This document shows, in pieces, positions 43,561-52,973 of a stretch of DNA of 64,000 nucleotides; the first letter of the stretch is position 1, and the number at the start of each line of letters is the position of its first letter. Origin of the DNA: a virus (lineage: Duplodnaviria; Heunggongvirae; Uroviricota; Caudoviricetes); the IMG/VR virus record IMGVR_UViG_3300036801_000212, positions 1 through 64,000 of that record. One strand, given 5' to 3'. The notes under the pieces are model-generated. The model saw nothing but the letters and a program-made list of their open reading frames with translations. It was not told the origin of the DNA and did no database searches. A program made the position numbers and the translations under genes.

Positions 43561-43787
43561 TGGTCGCGGTGATTGACCCTTGGGATTACACCTCCCTAGC
43601 TCACCACTATCCCTGGGTGCGAAATCTCGGCTACGACGATGTTGTCACTTTCGCCTACGAACTTTCATCCTTCCATGCTGATGATCATCAAGGTCGTCAA
43701 CAGTGCATCCTTGAGTGGAAGAATACGGCGGAGATTCTAGCCGACCCCGAGTTGACCAAGCTGCTGACTACTCCCGTCGATGAGTGA
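43560..43787 (+). CDS. hypothetical protein
   Basis: TGATG overlap. Confidence 0.4.
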   Translation: MVAVIDPWDYTSLAHHYPWVRNLGYDDVVTFAYELSSFHADDHQGRQQCILEWKNTAEILADPELTKLLTTPVDE

Positions 43788-44010
43788 CGACATCTCTTTC
43801 CTGGTGGACTTCAATGAGCTTGACGACGACGGCATTCTGAGTGCGTTCGCATCTACAAATGCACTCAAGGGTCGCAAGGTGCACATGTATGACGACGACG
43901 GGAATGCGTGCATTGGGGAGATCGTGTCCTGCACTGGAAGACTCGTGAAAGTGTGTCCGGATTTTTCGTACTGGATGCCAGCGAGTCCCGAGTTCGCCGC
44001 TCATGAGTGA
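43780..44010 (+). CDS. hypothetical protein
   Basis: ORF. Confidence 0.45.
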   Translation: MSDDISFLVDFNELDDDGILSAFASTNALKGRKVHMYDDDGNACIGEIVSCTGRLVKVCPDFSYWMPASPEFAAHE

Positions 44011-44299
44011 AGCTGACGACGCTGCCGCCGCATTCTATGAGGACCCAGCGAACAGGGTAGCGGTCGGTCCCGGTCGCAAGCGTCGCCCCAAGCGCATGGA
44101 ACCTGAGCGCACCCCCGAGTCCTTCAAGGGTCATGAGGGTGAATGGCTGGCGGTGAAGAACGGTCACGAGATTGTGGCTACCGGGAAGACTCCATTTGAG
44201 GTCACCCGCAAGGTGATGGCCGGTGGTGACGAGATGAAAGACGTTGTGATCCGATACCACCCGGAGTACTCGGACGTAATCGTGATTGGTCTTGGCTAA
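44003..44299 (+). CDS. hypothetical protein
   Basis: ORF. Confidence 0.45.
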   Translation: MSEADDAAAAFYEDPANRVAVGPGRKRRPKRMEPERTPESFKGHEGEWLAVKNGHEIVATGKTPFEVTRKVMAGGDEMKDVVIRYHPEYSDVIVIGLG

Positions 44300-44329
44300 T
44301 GTCTCGCCGCCGGAAAAGGGGAGGTTCTG

Positions 44330-44626
44330 ATGGACGGCCGATTCTTCGACCTGCTCGGAATCGACCCGACCGACCCCACCCAACAGCTCGCCCTGGAGCT
44401 CGTTGACTCCGACGATCGCCTTTTGCAGGGGCTCGTCGCGTTGCGCGGCGCCAAGCACCTGAGCCAGGCAGAGGTTGGTCGGCGGATGGGGGTCACCCAG
44501 CCGGCGGTGGCCGCTTTCGAACGCGCCGACGCTGACCCGAAGCTCTCCACGATCCGCCGCTACGCCCTCGCAGTGGGTGCGATGGTGCACCATGTGACGC
44601 TAACGAAGCCCGGAGTGGATACGTGA
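44330..44626 (+). CDS. XRE-family helix-turn-helix transcriptional regulator
   Basis: LSQAEVGRRMGVTQPAVAAFERADADPKLSTIRRYALAVG matches HTH_XRE. Confidence 0.6.
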   Translation: MDGRFFDLLGIDPTDPTQQLALELVDSDDRLLQGLVALRGAKHLSQAEVGRRMGVTQPAVAAFERADADPKLSTIRRYALAVGAMVHHVTLTKPGVDT

Positions 44627-44699
44627 GCCTACTTGTAGCATTAACAGTTGCGGCCGGTATTCTTTTTCTGTGGCTCCTGGCGATGAGACTTTGAGGGAA

Positions 44700-44987
44700 A
44701 TGTCTGACACGCAAATCAAGATCACGTTCACGACCATCCCGGAGACTTCCCGTGTCCTCAATGCGACCGCAATTCACGTGATGAACGGTGGCCTCGACAT
44801 CTATCGAGAATCCCGCAAGATCGCGCACATCGTCGAGGGTCATTGGAAATCGTGGGAGATCGTCGAAGCGAACGCCAGTATTGCCGTCTCTGTCGATGGT
44901 AAGCCGTTGCGCACCGTGGGCTCTGTCGATGGTAAGCCGTTGCGCGTCGTGGCGATCCTCAAAGACTCTACGGACTCCATTGGCTGA
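44700..44987 (+). CDS. hypothetical protein with 33-bp internal tandem duplication (SVDGKPLR x2)
   Basis: ORF; duplicated segment tctgtcgatggtaagccgttgcgc. Confidence 0.4.
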   Translation: MSDTQIKITFTTIPETSRVLNATAIHVMNGGLDIYRESRKIAHIVEGHWKSWEIVEANASIAVSVDGKPLRTVGSVDGKPLRVVAILKDSTDSIG

Positions 44988-44998
44988 TTTCGCAAATT

Positions 44999-45478
44999 TT
45001 ATTTCCCTCGCGCGGCCGTACGCTCCGACCTTATCGCCATTGCTTCCTTCTTGAGTTGAGCTGGGGTTTTATTCCCCACCTCTTTTTGGACAAGTGCCGC
45101 TCGTGCCTGTCGTGGAGTGATTTTCCCGTGTCCGGGTTTGAGGGTGTACATTTCCCCGTCTGGACCTTTCTTGTAGTCCGGCCGGGCGGAAATGAACTCC
45201 AAGATAGTTCTCGCTCCACGTCGGATGGCATGCCAGTACTCAAGTCTGTACACGAGGTTGCATGAGGTACAGGGTTTCCTACTCACCAGGTACCCCTCGT
45301 CGGTGAAGTCGGTGAACACTCTTTCACTCCCCCGCGTGGGTGCATAGAGATGCCTACCCCTCTCCCGACATGCGGCTACACCGTCACTGGCCGAGTCCAT
45401 GTACTCGAGGACGTCTACTTCTTCGGCGCGGGTGACTTTGGGGCGCTCGTTCTCGCCTTGGATGCTTCGTAGGGTCAT
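44999..45478 (-). CDS. hypothetical protein (leftward island)
   Basis: Minus-strand ORF; first of three consecutive leftward genes. Confidence 0.45.
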   Translation of the reverse strand: MTLRSIQGENERPKVTRAEEVDVLEYMDSASDGVAACRERGRHLYAPTRGSERVFTDFTDEGYLVSRKPCTSCNLVYRLEYWHAIRRGARTILEFISARPDYKKGPDGEMYTLKPGHGKITPRQARAALVQKEVGNKTPAQLKKEAMAIRSERTAARGK

Positions 45479-45528
45479 AACGTTTCCTTCCGTTGGAGCT
45501 TGTTGCTCGGGATGGGTAGATCGCTGCG

Positions 45529-45990
45529 TTAAGCCAGCCGCCGACGAGGCCTACCGCCTCTACCCATGGGAACATTTGCCAAGAGACCGGCGGCACGTGC
45601 TTCGTTGATCCAGCGGGCGGCGGTGGAAGTGGCCACGCCGAATGAATCTGCCACCAACTTACGTGGCGGCGCGCACATACTTTCGGCCATCTGATACATC
45701 AGCGCCACGATGCGGACGCGTGGCGCGTCAAGCTTCGCCAGGGTGTCCCGTGCGAACGTCTCGACTGCGACCTGCATCAGTGCAGCGGTTGGCAAGTCTG
45801 GTGGCTCCGTCTGGGTCGGTGTGTTGAGCGTCAAATTGATTACCTGGGGATGGTACCTGTCAAACATGCGCTCAAGCCGCATTGAGACGGCATAGCCGCA
45901 CCAATCGGGGATGTCCACGATGAGCACCGACGGCAGCCTCAGGTTCTCGCTCAGCCAGTCGTCATTTACCGTGGTGACAGTTGCGTCCAC
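45529..45990 (-). CDS. putative DNA-binding protein with C-terminal HTH
   Basis: C-terminal VADSFGVATSTAARWINEARAAGLL resembles resolvase/sigma-r4-type HTH. Confidence 0.5.
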   Translation of the reverse strand: MDATVTTVNDDWLSENLRLPSVLIVDIPDWCGYAVSMRLERMFDRYHPQVINLTLNTPTQTEPPDLPTAALMQVAVETFARDTLAKLDAPRVRIVALMYQMAESMCAPPRKLVADSFGVATSTAARWINEARAAGLLANVPMGRGGRPRRRLA

Positions 45991-46000
45991 TACTTGGTCC

Positions 46001-46387
46001 TCAGCCTCGTTGACCGCACTCGTTGCAGGTGAATCCTGCTGGCGGGTTGTCGTGGCACACGGGACACTCTGGCTCCAGTTTGATCACGGGGATGAGCGCG
46101 GCAAGCTTGCTGACGTCGACCTGCAGCAGTCCCGTGAGGGTCAGCGCTTCCTGGATGGGAATCGGTCGTGCCGCATGTTCGTTCTTGGCGATTGTCGACT
46201 GAGGCGACCTGAACCCCAGCTGCTGCATCTTCTGGGCGAGCTTCCTCTGGGACCAGCCGAGGTTCACCCGAGCATCCCTCACGAGCTTACCAAACTGGGC
46301 TTCTATGCTCATACCCGAGGAGCCTACCCCACGCCGGGTTCGTCGAGCAAATCCTTGTGGGGACTCATGATCGAACCTCAGGAGCAT
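46001..46387 (-). CDS. XRE-family repressor-like regulator with C-terminal Zn-ribbon
   Basis: HTH LGWSQRKLAQKMQQLGFRSPQSTIAKNE; C-terminal CPVCH...CNECG. Confidence 0.6.
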   Translation of the reverse strand: MLLRFDHESPQGFARRTRRGVGSSGMSIEAQFGKLVRDARVNLGWSQRKLAQKMQQLGFRSPQSTIAKNEHAARPIPIQEALTLTGLLQVDVSKLAALIPVIKLEPECPVCHDNPPAGFTCNECGQRG

Positions 46388-46742
46388 ACCCGAAGACTCT
46401 CAAGATCGCGAACCGCGCTTGGAAGGGGTGTGCTGTGGCTAAAGTCAAGGAGCTTCCTGAGTACAGCTACAGAGGATTCGGCGGGGAAATCTACGACTGT
46501 CCCACCATCAAAGCAGTCGACGCCTACCTTGTGCAAAACTCTGCCTCCATCAAAAAGTGCTCACCACTGCTGGTGAACAAACTTAAAGTGCTACAGCTAG
46601 ATCGAGATTTGCTTTTAGATCTCAGATGGTTGCTGGCACCAAATGCTTCGTCCTCTTGAGTCCTAACACCGCACTTAAATTCTAATTCCCGGCGGACTTC
46701 ATAGAGACTCTAGAGGACGATCCCTTTCCCGATGTCGAACGG

Positions 46743-46786
46743 GATAAAGGTGTTATGTCAGTCGGCGTTGATGTAACACCTTTATC
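46743..46786 (+). promoter_or_regulatory. perfect 13-bp inverted repeat GATAAAGGTGTTA-n18-TAACACCTTTATC in divergent intergenic region (operator or hairpin)
   Basis: Seen directly; lies between leftward repressor-like gene and RBS (GAGGAG) of rightward gene 46803. Confidence 0.4.
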
Positions 46787-46802
46787 CTCCCGAGGAGTAA
46801 AA

Positions 46803-47045
46803 ATGCGTTGGCGTTGGGAACTGGTTAAGGCTGCGTTCGGACGTACACCACCCACTTCGGAAATGCTCGTCAATGTCGACCTGACGCTGTCTCCGAAACA
46901 GCTCCGAGAGTATGAAGCTGTCTTTAATGACTGCTTGGAGCATCCGACTGAACGTCACCGTGCCAAGTTCCTTGAGCCACCCAGCGTTGGACTCTCCATT
47001 GGTGACATCTGGAGTCAGTCTGCGATTGAGCGGCCAGTCGACTAA
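46803..47045 (+). CDS. hypothetical protein
   Basis: ATG after GAGGAG; ORF. Confidence 0.4.
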   Translation: MRWRWELVKAAFGRTPPTSEMLVNVDLTLSPKQLREYEAVFNDCLEHPTERHRAKFLEPPSVGLSIGDIWSQSAIERPVD

Positions 47046-47170
47046 TGAGGATAGCTCTATCTGTTCTCGGCTTTGAGCTCTGGTGTCTATCTGTCGAACC
47101 GGGTGAATGCGGCGAGGACGATATTCCGTCGATCCGTCTCGGTTTTCAAGGAAGTGCACCCTCAGAGGTT

Positions 47171-47207
47171 GACGACGAATAGGTCGTTCCGGGCATTTTT
47201 TCTTTTC
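47171..47207 (+). terminator. possible intrinsic terminator (imperfect hairpin followed by TTTTTTCTTTT)
   Basis: gacgacgaataggtcgtt stem-loop then T-run, 130 nt downstream of 47045 stop. Confidence 0.3.
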
Positions 47208-47274
47208 CTCGCGCGGGCGAGCGAGTGCCATATTTCATGGACGTTTGCGTCCACCAACAAATAAGGACGTATCC

Positions 47275-47577
47275 ATGACTGCTACTAACTATTTGCCTCT
47301 ATCTGAGGTGGCGAAGGTTCAGCCCTTCGTCCAGTTCTCAAGCACCACTACCGCTTTGGCCACTGCGCTGAATACTGCATTTGCCGCCGCCGCTGGATTC
47401 ATTCAGGTCACGGCGGATGCCACGACGGGGCAAACGACCAACGCTCTAGTCGTGGCGTCGGATGTTGTGGTGTTCAGCGTGCCGGTTAACAACTGGGTCA
47501 CGTTTTTTAACGGCACGTGGAGCCAACTGACTCCTACTCAGCTTGCGGCGTCGTATGCCCAGTACTTCACCAGCTGA
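47275..47577 (+). CDS. hypothetical Ala/Thr-rich protein
   Basis: ATG after AAGGA; ORF. Confidence 0.45.
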   Translation: MTATNYLPLSEVAKVQPFVQFSSTTTALATALNTAFAAAAGFIQVTADATTGQTTNALVVASDVVVFSVPVNNWVTFFNGTWSQLTPTQLAASYAQYFTS

Positions 47578-47634
47578 CCGTTTTACTTGCTAACTACATG
47601 CCGCTGCTTAGTAGTCTAAAAGGGAGTTTTACCG

Positions 47635-48705
47635 GTGTCTTCCGTTAGTTATATCCGTCGTCCACACGCCGCCGCTTCGGGGTATAACGCCCGCCAGGTC
47701 GCGACCGCATACAACTGTCCCATTACTCAATACGACGGTACCGGTATCACTGTAGGCGTCATCGAACTTGGTGGCGCCTGGAATCCGTCCGACTTCCAGG
47801 CTCTTGGTCTAAGCACCGCGAATGTCACGGTTGTGTCCGTGGATGGTTCGCAGCCGGTGTCCGATGGTCCGAATGGTGCCGACGGGGAGGTGGCTTTGGA
47901 CCTGGAGGTTATAGCTGGGGTCGCCCCGGGCGCGAAGATCAGGTGTTATTTCAGTGCCAATACCGATCAGGGCTTCCTAGACGGCATCAACCAGGCTGTG
48001 ACCGATGGTTGCGACTTTATCTCGATCAGCTGGGGTGGTCCGGAATCGCAGTGGCCAGCGTCGACTATCCAGTCCTTCGATGCCGCATTCGCCGCGGCAA
48101 AGGCCAAAGGCGTCCTAGTGTTCGTGGCGTCGGGGGATTCTGGTCCCGATGACGGCACCCGTAGGCGCACCGTGGATTTCCCGTCCAGTGACCCGAATGT
48201 GGTGGGCTGCGGCGGTACTCGACTTGTGTTGAATTCCTCCGGTGGCCGGCAGTCCGAGACGGTGTGGGATGACAATCCGTCCAGCGATGCTAGTGGCGGC
48301 GGTGTCAGTGGGGTTTTCCCCGGCCGCAAGGTACCTGATGTCTCTGGTTGCGGTGATCCGGTGACCGGCTACGAGGTGGAAATCGATGGCGAGTCTGGGG
48401 TGATCGGCGGCACTAGCGCGGTCGCTCCGCTGTACGCGGCGATGTGCGCGGTAACCAAGCAGGCCCTCGGCAAGAACTTCGACCTGGTGGCGACCGTGAC
48501 GGCCAACCCGTCGATCTGTTTCATTCCCACGGCGGCCAGCGATGGCGTCACCGGCGGTTTGGGAGTTGTCGACTTCGGCAAGCTCCTCGCCGTACTGCAG
48601 GGTGGAACGGTAACCCCTCCCCCGCCTCCGTCGGGTGATACCGATCCCAGCGATGTGGCCGTGGCAAGCGCGATGCACACCTGGCTTTCTGCCAAGGGGC
48701 TGTAG
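47635..48705 (+). CDS. S53 (sedolisin/kumamolisin-like) serine peptidase
   Basis: VGVIELGG, DLEVIAGVAPGA, ISWGGPE, and catalytic-Ser motif GGTSAVAPLYAAM in subtilase-like order. Confidence 0.7.
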   Translation: MSSVSYIRRPHAAASGYNARQVATAYNCPITQYDGTGITVGVIELGGAWNPSDFQALGLSTANVTVVSVDGSQPVSDGPNGADGEVALDLEVIAGVAPGAKIRCYFSANTDQGFLDGINQAVTDGCDFISISWGGPESQWPASTIQSFDAAFAAAKAKGVLVFVASGDSGPDDGTRRRTVDFPSSDPNVVGCGGTRLVLNSSGGRQSETVWDDNPSSDASGGGVSGVFPGRKVPDVSGCGDPVTGYEVEIDGESGVIGGTSAVAPLYAAMCAVTKQALGKNFDLVATVTANPSICFIPTAASDGVTGGLGVVDFGKLLAVLQGGTVTPPPPPSGDTDPSDVAVASAMHTWLSAKGL

Positions 48706-48708
48706 ACA

Positions 48709-48972
48709 ATGCCGAACTTTAACCTCGAATTCACTGGTGACGCTTCGAAGCTTCTGAAGACTATCGACGAAGCCAAGGCTGCACTCAAAGAGCTGGAAGT
48801 GGCGGCCGCGAAGGTTTCCTCAGCGAAGATCACCAAGATCGAGGTTGACGGTCTCCGCGTAGAGTTCGATAAGCCAATCTCGCAGGATGAAGCCGATGCG
48901 TGGATTTCGAGGTATCGGAAGGCATATCAGTTCGGTACTGATATTTTTATGGCGGCCGGCGTGCCCAGTTAA
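48709..48972 (+). CDS. hypothetical protein
   Basis: ORF immediately after peptidase. Confidence 0.45.
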   Translation: MPNFNLEFTGDASKLLKTIDEAKAALKELEVAAAKVSSAKITKIEVDGLRVEFDKPISQDEADAWISRYRKAYQFGTDIFMAAGVPS

Positions 48973-49038
48973 TTCGTGCTGTGCAATTAGTTGGAGGTTG
49001 AACGCACGATTTTCAGCTCCGATCCATCGGAGGCGGTT

Positions 49039-49437
49039 ATGTCCGAACCTGACAACCATATTCAATACGTTACTCAAGGTGAACTCATCTCTAGCCTTGA
49101 GCCCATCTACACCTACATCATCGAGCTCGTCGATGGCTACAACGCGCTAAACACTGAACTACAGACCTTGAAGGAGAAACAAGTGGCTACTCAGGCCGAT
49201 GTTGACGCTCTCACCTCCGCTCTCCAGGCGGAGGACTCTGAACTGTCCACTGCCGTGTCTGGCCTCCAGACTTCTGTGACCGCCATCCAGGCGGAGATTG
49301 TGCAGTTGCAGCAGGCTAACCCGACTCTGGACTTGTCCGCGCTGACCGCTGAGGTCGCTAACTCGCAGGCTCAGGCCGATGCAGTGCAGTCCGCTGTAGC
49401 CGCGGCTGCGGCGCTCGTCCCGCCGCCGGCCAGCTAA
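49039..49437 (+). CDS. coiled-coil protein (Ala/Gln-rich)
   Basis: ATG after GGAGG; heptad-like LQTLKEKQVATQADVDALTSALQ... Confidence 0.45.
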   Translation: MSEPDNHIQYVTQGELISSLEPIYTYIIELVDGYNALNTELQTLKEKQVATQADVDALTSALQAEDSELSTAVSGLQTSVTAIQAEIVQLQQANPTLDLSALTAEVANSQAQADAVQSAVAAAAALVPPPAS

Positions 49438-49516
49438 TTTCGTGTACGATAGGGGGAACTCGATATCCTGGGTTCCCCCTATCGACCATATATCCCAACG
49501 CCGAGGGAAAAAGACG

Positions 49517-50233
49517 TTGTTCGAACGCTTCACAGATAGAGCGAGAAGGTGCGTAATCCTCTCTCAAGAGGAGGCTAGACTCCTCAACCACAGTTATATC
49601 GGCACAGAGCACATCCTTCTAGGCCTCATCCAGGAGGGTGAAGGTGTAGGAGCACTTGCTCTAAAGTCGATGGGTATCGAACTTGAGAACGTTCGTAAAC
49701 ATGTTGAGGAAGTCATCGGCCGGGGACAGCAGGTAACTTCCGGACATCTCCCGTTCACTTCCCGAGCGAAGAAGGTGGTCCTAGAACTGGCCTCGAGGGA
49801 AGCGCTTCAACTGGGACACAACTATATTGGCACAGAGCATCTCCTCCTTGCGTTGATCCGTGAAGGGGAAGGTGTTGGTGCGCAGACTTTGGTGAAGTTG
49901 GGTGCTGATCTAAACCGTGCACGTCGGGAAGTTTTACAGCTGTTGAACCCGCCGCGGAAAAAAGACGCCGAGAAGAAGGACCCCCCATTCACTGTCGCGG
50001 TTGACGGCCACTTATTGACTCCCAATCAGGTCCGCGAGAACCTCTCCGGCACCCCGGCTGGCGATGATGTCCAGGTTAAGCAATCCCCCTCCGTCCGTCT
50101 TCTGCACTTGTGTCAGCGTCTTGGACATTATCAGATTTCGGGTATGGAATTGGATGGATACGACTTCAACACTAGTGACGTTGATGGCTTGCTTGAGGAG
50201 CGACTCACTATCAGGTGGCGACCGACGACGTGA
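49517..50233 (+). CDS. stand-alone Clp N-terminal domain protein (two Clp_N repeats, no AAA+ module)
   Basis: TTG start gives MFERFTDRARR as in ClpC; repeats ...LLNHSYIGTEHILLGLIQEGEGVGA... and ...LQLGHNYIGTEHLLLALIREGEGVGA... Confidence 0.65.
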   Translation: MFERFTDRARRCVILSQEEARLLNHSYIGTEHILLGLIQEGEGVGALALKSMGIELENVRKHVEEVIGRGQQVTSGHLPFTSRAKKVVLELASREALQLGHNYIGTEHLLLALIREGEGVGAQTLVKLGADLNRARREVLQLLNPPRKKDAEKKDPPFTVAVDGHLLTPNQVRENLSGTPAGDDVQVKQSPSVRLLHLCQRLGHYQISGMELDGYDFNTSDVDGLLEERLTIRWRPTT

Positions 50234-50239
50234 AGCGCG

Positions 50240-50443
50240 ATGACTGAACCGATCAAATTCGACCTGGAAGTTCGACCCGGCTATCTAGGCGAGTACGTGA
50301 TCACGCACTACCTCAAGGGCGACGTCTTCCTACTCCAACAGCCCGGCGCCGACAAGTCCAAGGGGATTCCGCTGACCCGTGAGCAACTGGTCGGGGTGCG
50401 CGACACGATCAACCGGGCACTCGGAGACGGAGAAGCCGAGTGA
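50240..50443 (+). CDS. hypothetical protein
   Basis: ORF. Confidence 0.4.
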   Translation: MTEPIKFDLEVRPGYLGEYVITHYLKGDVFLLQQPGADKSKGIPLTREQLVGVRDTINRALGDGEAE

Positions 50444-50700
50444 CGGAAGCATGGGATATCTACTGGCACCTCATCTTGCCGCTCGCCATCGCTGGCGTCT
50501 TAATCTGGCCTCCCCTGGTCGTCTGGACGAAGATTCAGAGCGACAAGCTAGCCGCGTTGTTTATCTTTGTTTTCACGTTCGTCTATCTGCCGCTACTGCT
50601 TACCGGTTTCGGCATCCTCGCATCCGTGGGTGCTGCCGTGAGCTACGAGGCTGCCCGCCGCGCGAGTCAAATCTTGGGATGCTCTGCCAGCCATGACTGA
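50440..50700 (+). CDS. membrane protein (two TM helices)
   Basis: ATGA overlap; hydrophobic helices. Confidence 0.45.
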   Translation: MTEAWDIYWHLILPLAIAGVLIWPPLVVWTKIQSDKLAALFIFVFTFVYLPLLLTGFGILASVGAAVSYEAARRASQILGCSASHD

Positions 50701-50926
50701 CCCGGTCGACTTCCTACGCGCCAAGCTGGACGAGGTTGAAGCTCCGAGCGAAGGAAGCTGGCGAGCGACTCGGAAGATGCTAGAGATTCACTATCCGACC
50801 CTTCCCGGCACTGAGTGCACGCTCTGCGGGTGGGGTGAACCCGACGATGGCCGAGACCCGTCCGAGGGTTACTGGCCGTGCCCGACACTGAGACTTGTCG
50901 CGGAAATGTGGGGTTGGCATGAGTGA
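50693..50926 (+). CDS. hypothetical protein
   Basis: ORF. Confidence 0.4.
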   Translation: MTDPVDFLRAKLDEVEAPSEGSWRATRKMLEIHYPTLPGTECTLCGWGEPDDGRDPSEGYWPCPTLRLVAEMWGWHE

Positions 50927-51227
50927 CGACAAGCCGAAATTCGTCCAGTACACGTGGGGGTGGACGAACAAGAACTACGATTCAATCACCGTGTACGAAA
51001 GCATGAACGGCCGAGTTACCGTAGCGGATCTACTTGAGTATCTACGCGAGGCCGCACCCGATGCGCCCGTGGACGACGTGCACATAAACGGCTCGATCAA
51101 CTGGAGACAGCCTCCATCGGAAGAACAAACCGCAAAACTCGTGGAGCATCAGCGTAAGAGTGATGAGCGTCACGAGAAATGGGAACGTGACATGTGGGAG
51201 AAGCTGAAGGCGAAGTACGGTGAGTGA
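50919..51227 (+). CDS. hypothetical protein
   Basis: ORF; 8-nt overlap. Confidence 0.4.
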   Translation: MSDDKPKFVQYTWGWTNKNYDSITVYESMNGRVTVADLLEYLREAAPDAPVDDVHINGSINWRQPPSEEQTAKLVEHQRKSDERHEKWERDMWEKLKAKYGE

Positions 51228-51372
51228 GTGTTCTCTCTATATCCGGACCTAGATTTCGGCTCCGTCCTCACCACTCATCAAAGAGTGAGAAAGTGGATAT
51301 TCCCGTTCTCCAGTTTCATGCTTCTCTCGACGAAAGAGTTAACGGACAGTCAACATCAGAGAGGAAGAGGCC

Positions 51373-52092
51373 GTGGGGCGTCACAGTAAGCCGTCTCAGT
51401 CTCATGCTGGACGCAACATCGCAGCCGTGGCTACTTCCGGAGCTTTTGTAGCGGTTCCACTGACACAGGGAACCGCGTTTGCAACTACAGAAGAAACGCA
51501 CCCGGCAATTGAATCAATTGCGCAAGCGGATGGTCCGCCACAAGGGTGGGGCGGCGTTGTGAAATGTGAATCCGGTGGCCGCATAGACGCGGTCAATCCG
51601 GAGAGCACGGCGAGTGGCGCTTTCCAGATACTGGATTCGACGTGGCGGTCGAACACTGGTTTGCAGTACTCCCGCCGCGCGAAAGATGCGACTTTTCAGC
51701 AGCAATTGAATGTCGCTAATCATATTTATGCGCAGTCGGGATTAGTCCCTTGGACTGCATCGAGGCATTGCTGGCGCCACATCCTCAGCACTCCCCTGCG
51801 GATCGTCGGCGGACTCCTGGGGATGGCTCAGCGGCAGCCCGAGGAGCGGCTCATCTCGGATGAGCACAGTACGGGCCGCCACCGCCGTTTCGGCCGCCAC
51901 CGTGCTATTCAGACCCCTGTAGCGCGGCCCCAGATCATTCAGGCCTCGCAGAGGTACACGGTCAAGCCGGGAGACACGTTGTCGGCCATCGCGACAGAGC
52001 ATGGTCACACCTGGCAACAACTGTTCGAGTCGAACCGTGCGACGGTCCATGACCCGAATTTAATCCACGTCGGTCAAATCCTGAGCCTGTAG
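51373..52092 (+). CDS. secreted Rpf-like lytic transglycosylase domain + C-terminal LysM
   Basis: Signal peptide; core CESGGRIDAVNPESTASGAFQILDSTW...SGLVPW resembles resuscitation-promoting-factor/transglycosylase-like domain; LysM YTVKPGDTLSAIA...NLIHVGQIL. Confidence 0.7.
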   Translation: MGRHSKPSQSHAGRNIAAVATSGAFVAVPLTQGTAFATTEETHPAIESIAQADGPPQGWGGVVKCESGGRIDAVNPESTASGAFQILDSTWRSNTGLQYSRRAKDATFQQQLNVANHIYAQSGLVPWTASRHCWRHILSTPLRIVGGLLGMAQRQPEERLISDEHSTGRHRRFGRHRAIQTPVARPQIIQASQRYTVKPGDTLSAIATEHGHTWQQLFESNRATVHDPNLIHVGQILSL

Positions 52093-52103
52093 GTGAGACG
52101 CCA

Positions 52104-52955
52104 ATGCTGCGTCATCGTTTAGTCGTCGCACTTCTCGTTGTAGTCGCGCTTGTCGGCTTAACGCTGCCCGCGGTAGCACGATCTCACCACCACAAGCACC
52201 ATCACCATCATAAGCACCACTCGTCAAGTCAGTTCGAGGATCACCACAAGAAGAGGCATCACCACGGGAGCAACATTTCCCTCGGAGGTGTCTCTAACGC
52301 GTCCGGTAGTACGGACAGCTCGGGCATTTCGAGTGGTGCGACCTCGAGCGGCTCTGACGCCAGCACGGATACCGGCAGTGCGGTACCCACCGCTAATACT
52401 CCCGCGGTGGCTCCCGCCACGGGCTTGACTGCGCCCGATGCGACGACCGCGACACCAGCTGCTGGCCTCGTCCCAGGCGGTACGCAGGAAACGATCATGA
52501 GAACGGGCTATGCGGCCGCCGACAATAATCCTGCTGGTTCAACCACAATTAGCCAACCGGTTATCCATTCAAAGGCCGGTGGGACCTGCACGAACTCAGA
52601 CCCGACAACTTTCGCATCCCCCGGAAGTGCCGGTTCAACGGAATTCCCTAAAGGTGAGCGCGTTTATTTTCCTGATCTACAATGCTACGGAATCAGTGAG
52701 GATAGCGGCGCAACTAAGGAATCGGTTAAACATATTGATTTGTGGTCCGGGAATCAAGCTAAGTCCATTACGGATAAATGCGAATCCGACATTACCGGCA
52801 GCACGACAATCATTGTGAATCCCCCGTCGAATGAGCCCGTTAACCCCGGAGCCTTGACTACAGCCTCAGGCTGTCACTTCCCGGCGGGGTTTAGTAGCGG
52901 TGGCTCAAGTGGTGGCGGCAAGAAGCATCACAAGAAGAAGAAGTCCGACAACTAG
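52104..52955 (+). CDS. secreted His-rich protein with Ser/Thr-rich linker and C-terminal domain
   Basis: Signal peptide LVVALLVVVALVGLTLPAVA; HHHKHHHHHKHH...HHKKRHHHG; low-complexity S/T/A tract. Confidence 0.55.
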   Translation: MLRHRLVVALLVVVALVGLTLPAVARSHHHKHHHHHKHHSSSQFEDHHKKRHHHGSNISLGGVSNASGSTDSSGISSGATSSGSDASTDTGSAVPTANTPAVAPATGLTAPDATTATPAAGLVPGGTQETIMRTGYAAADNNPAGSTTISQPVIHSKAGGTCTNSDPTTFASPGSAGSTEFPKGERVYFPDLQCYGISEDSGATKESVKHIDLWSGNQAKSITDKCESDITGSTTIIVNPPSNEPVNPGALTTASGCHFPAGFSSGGSSGGGKKHHKKKKSDN

Positions 52956-52973
52956 ACGCCGAAACGGACGGAC

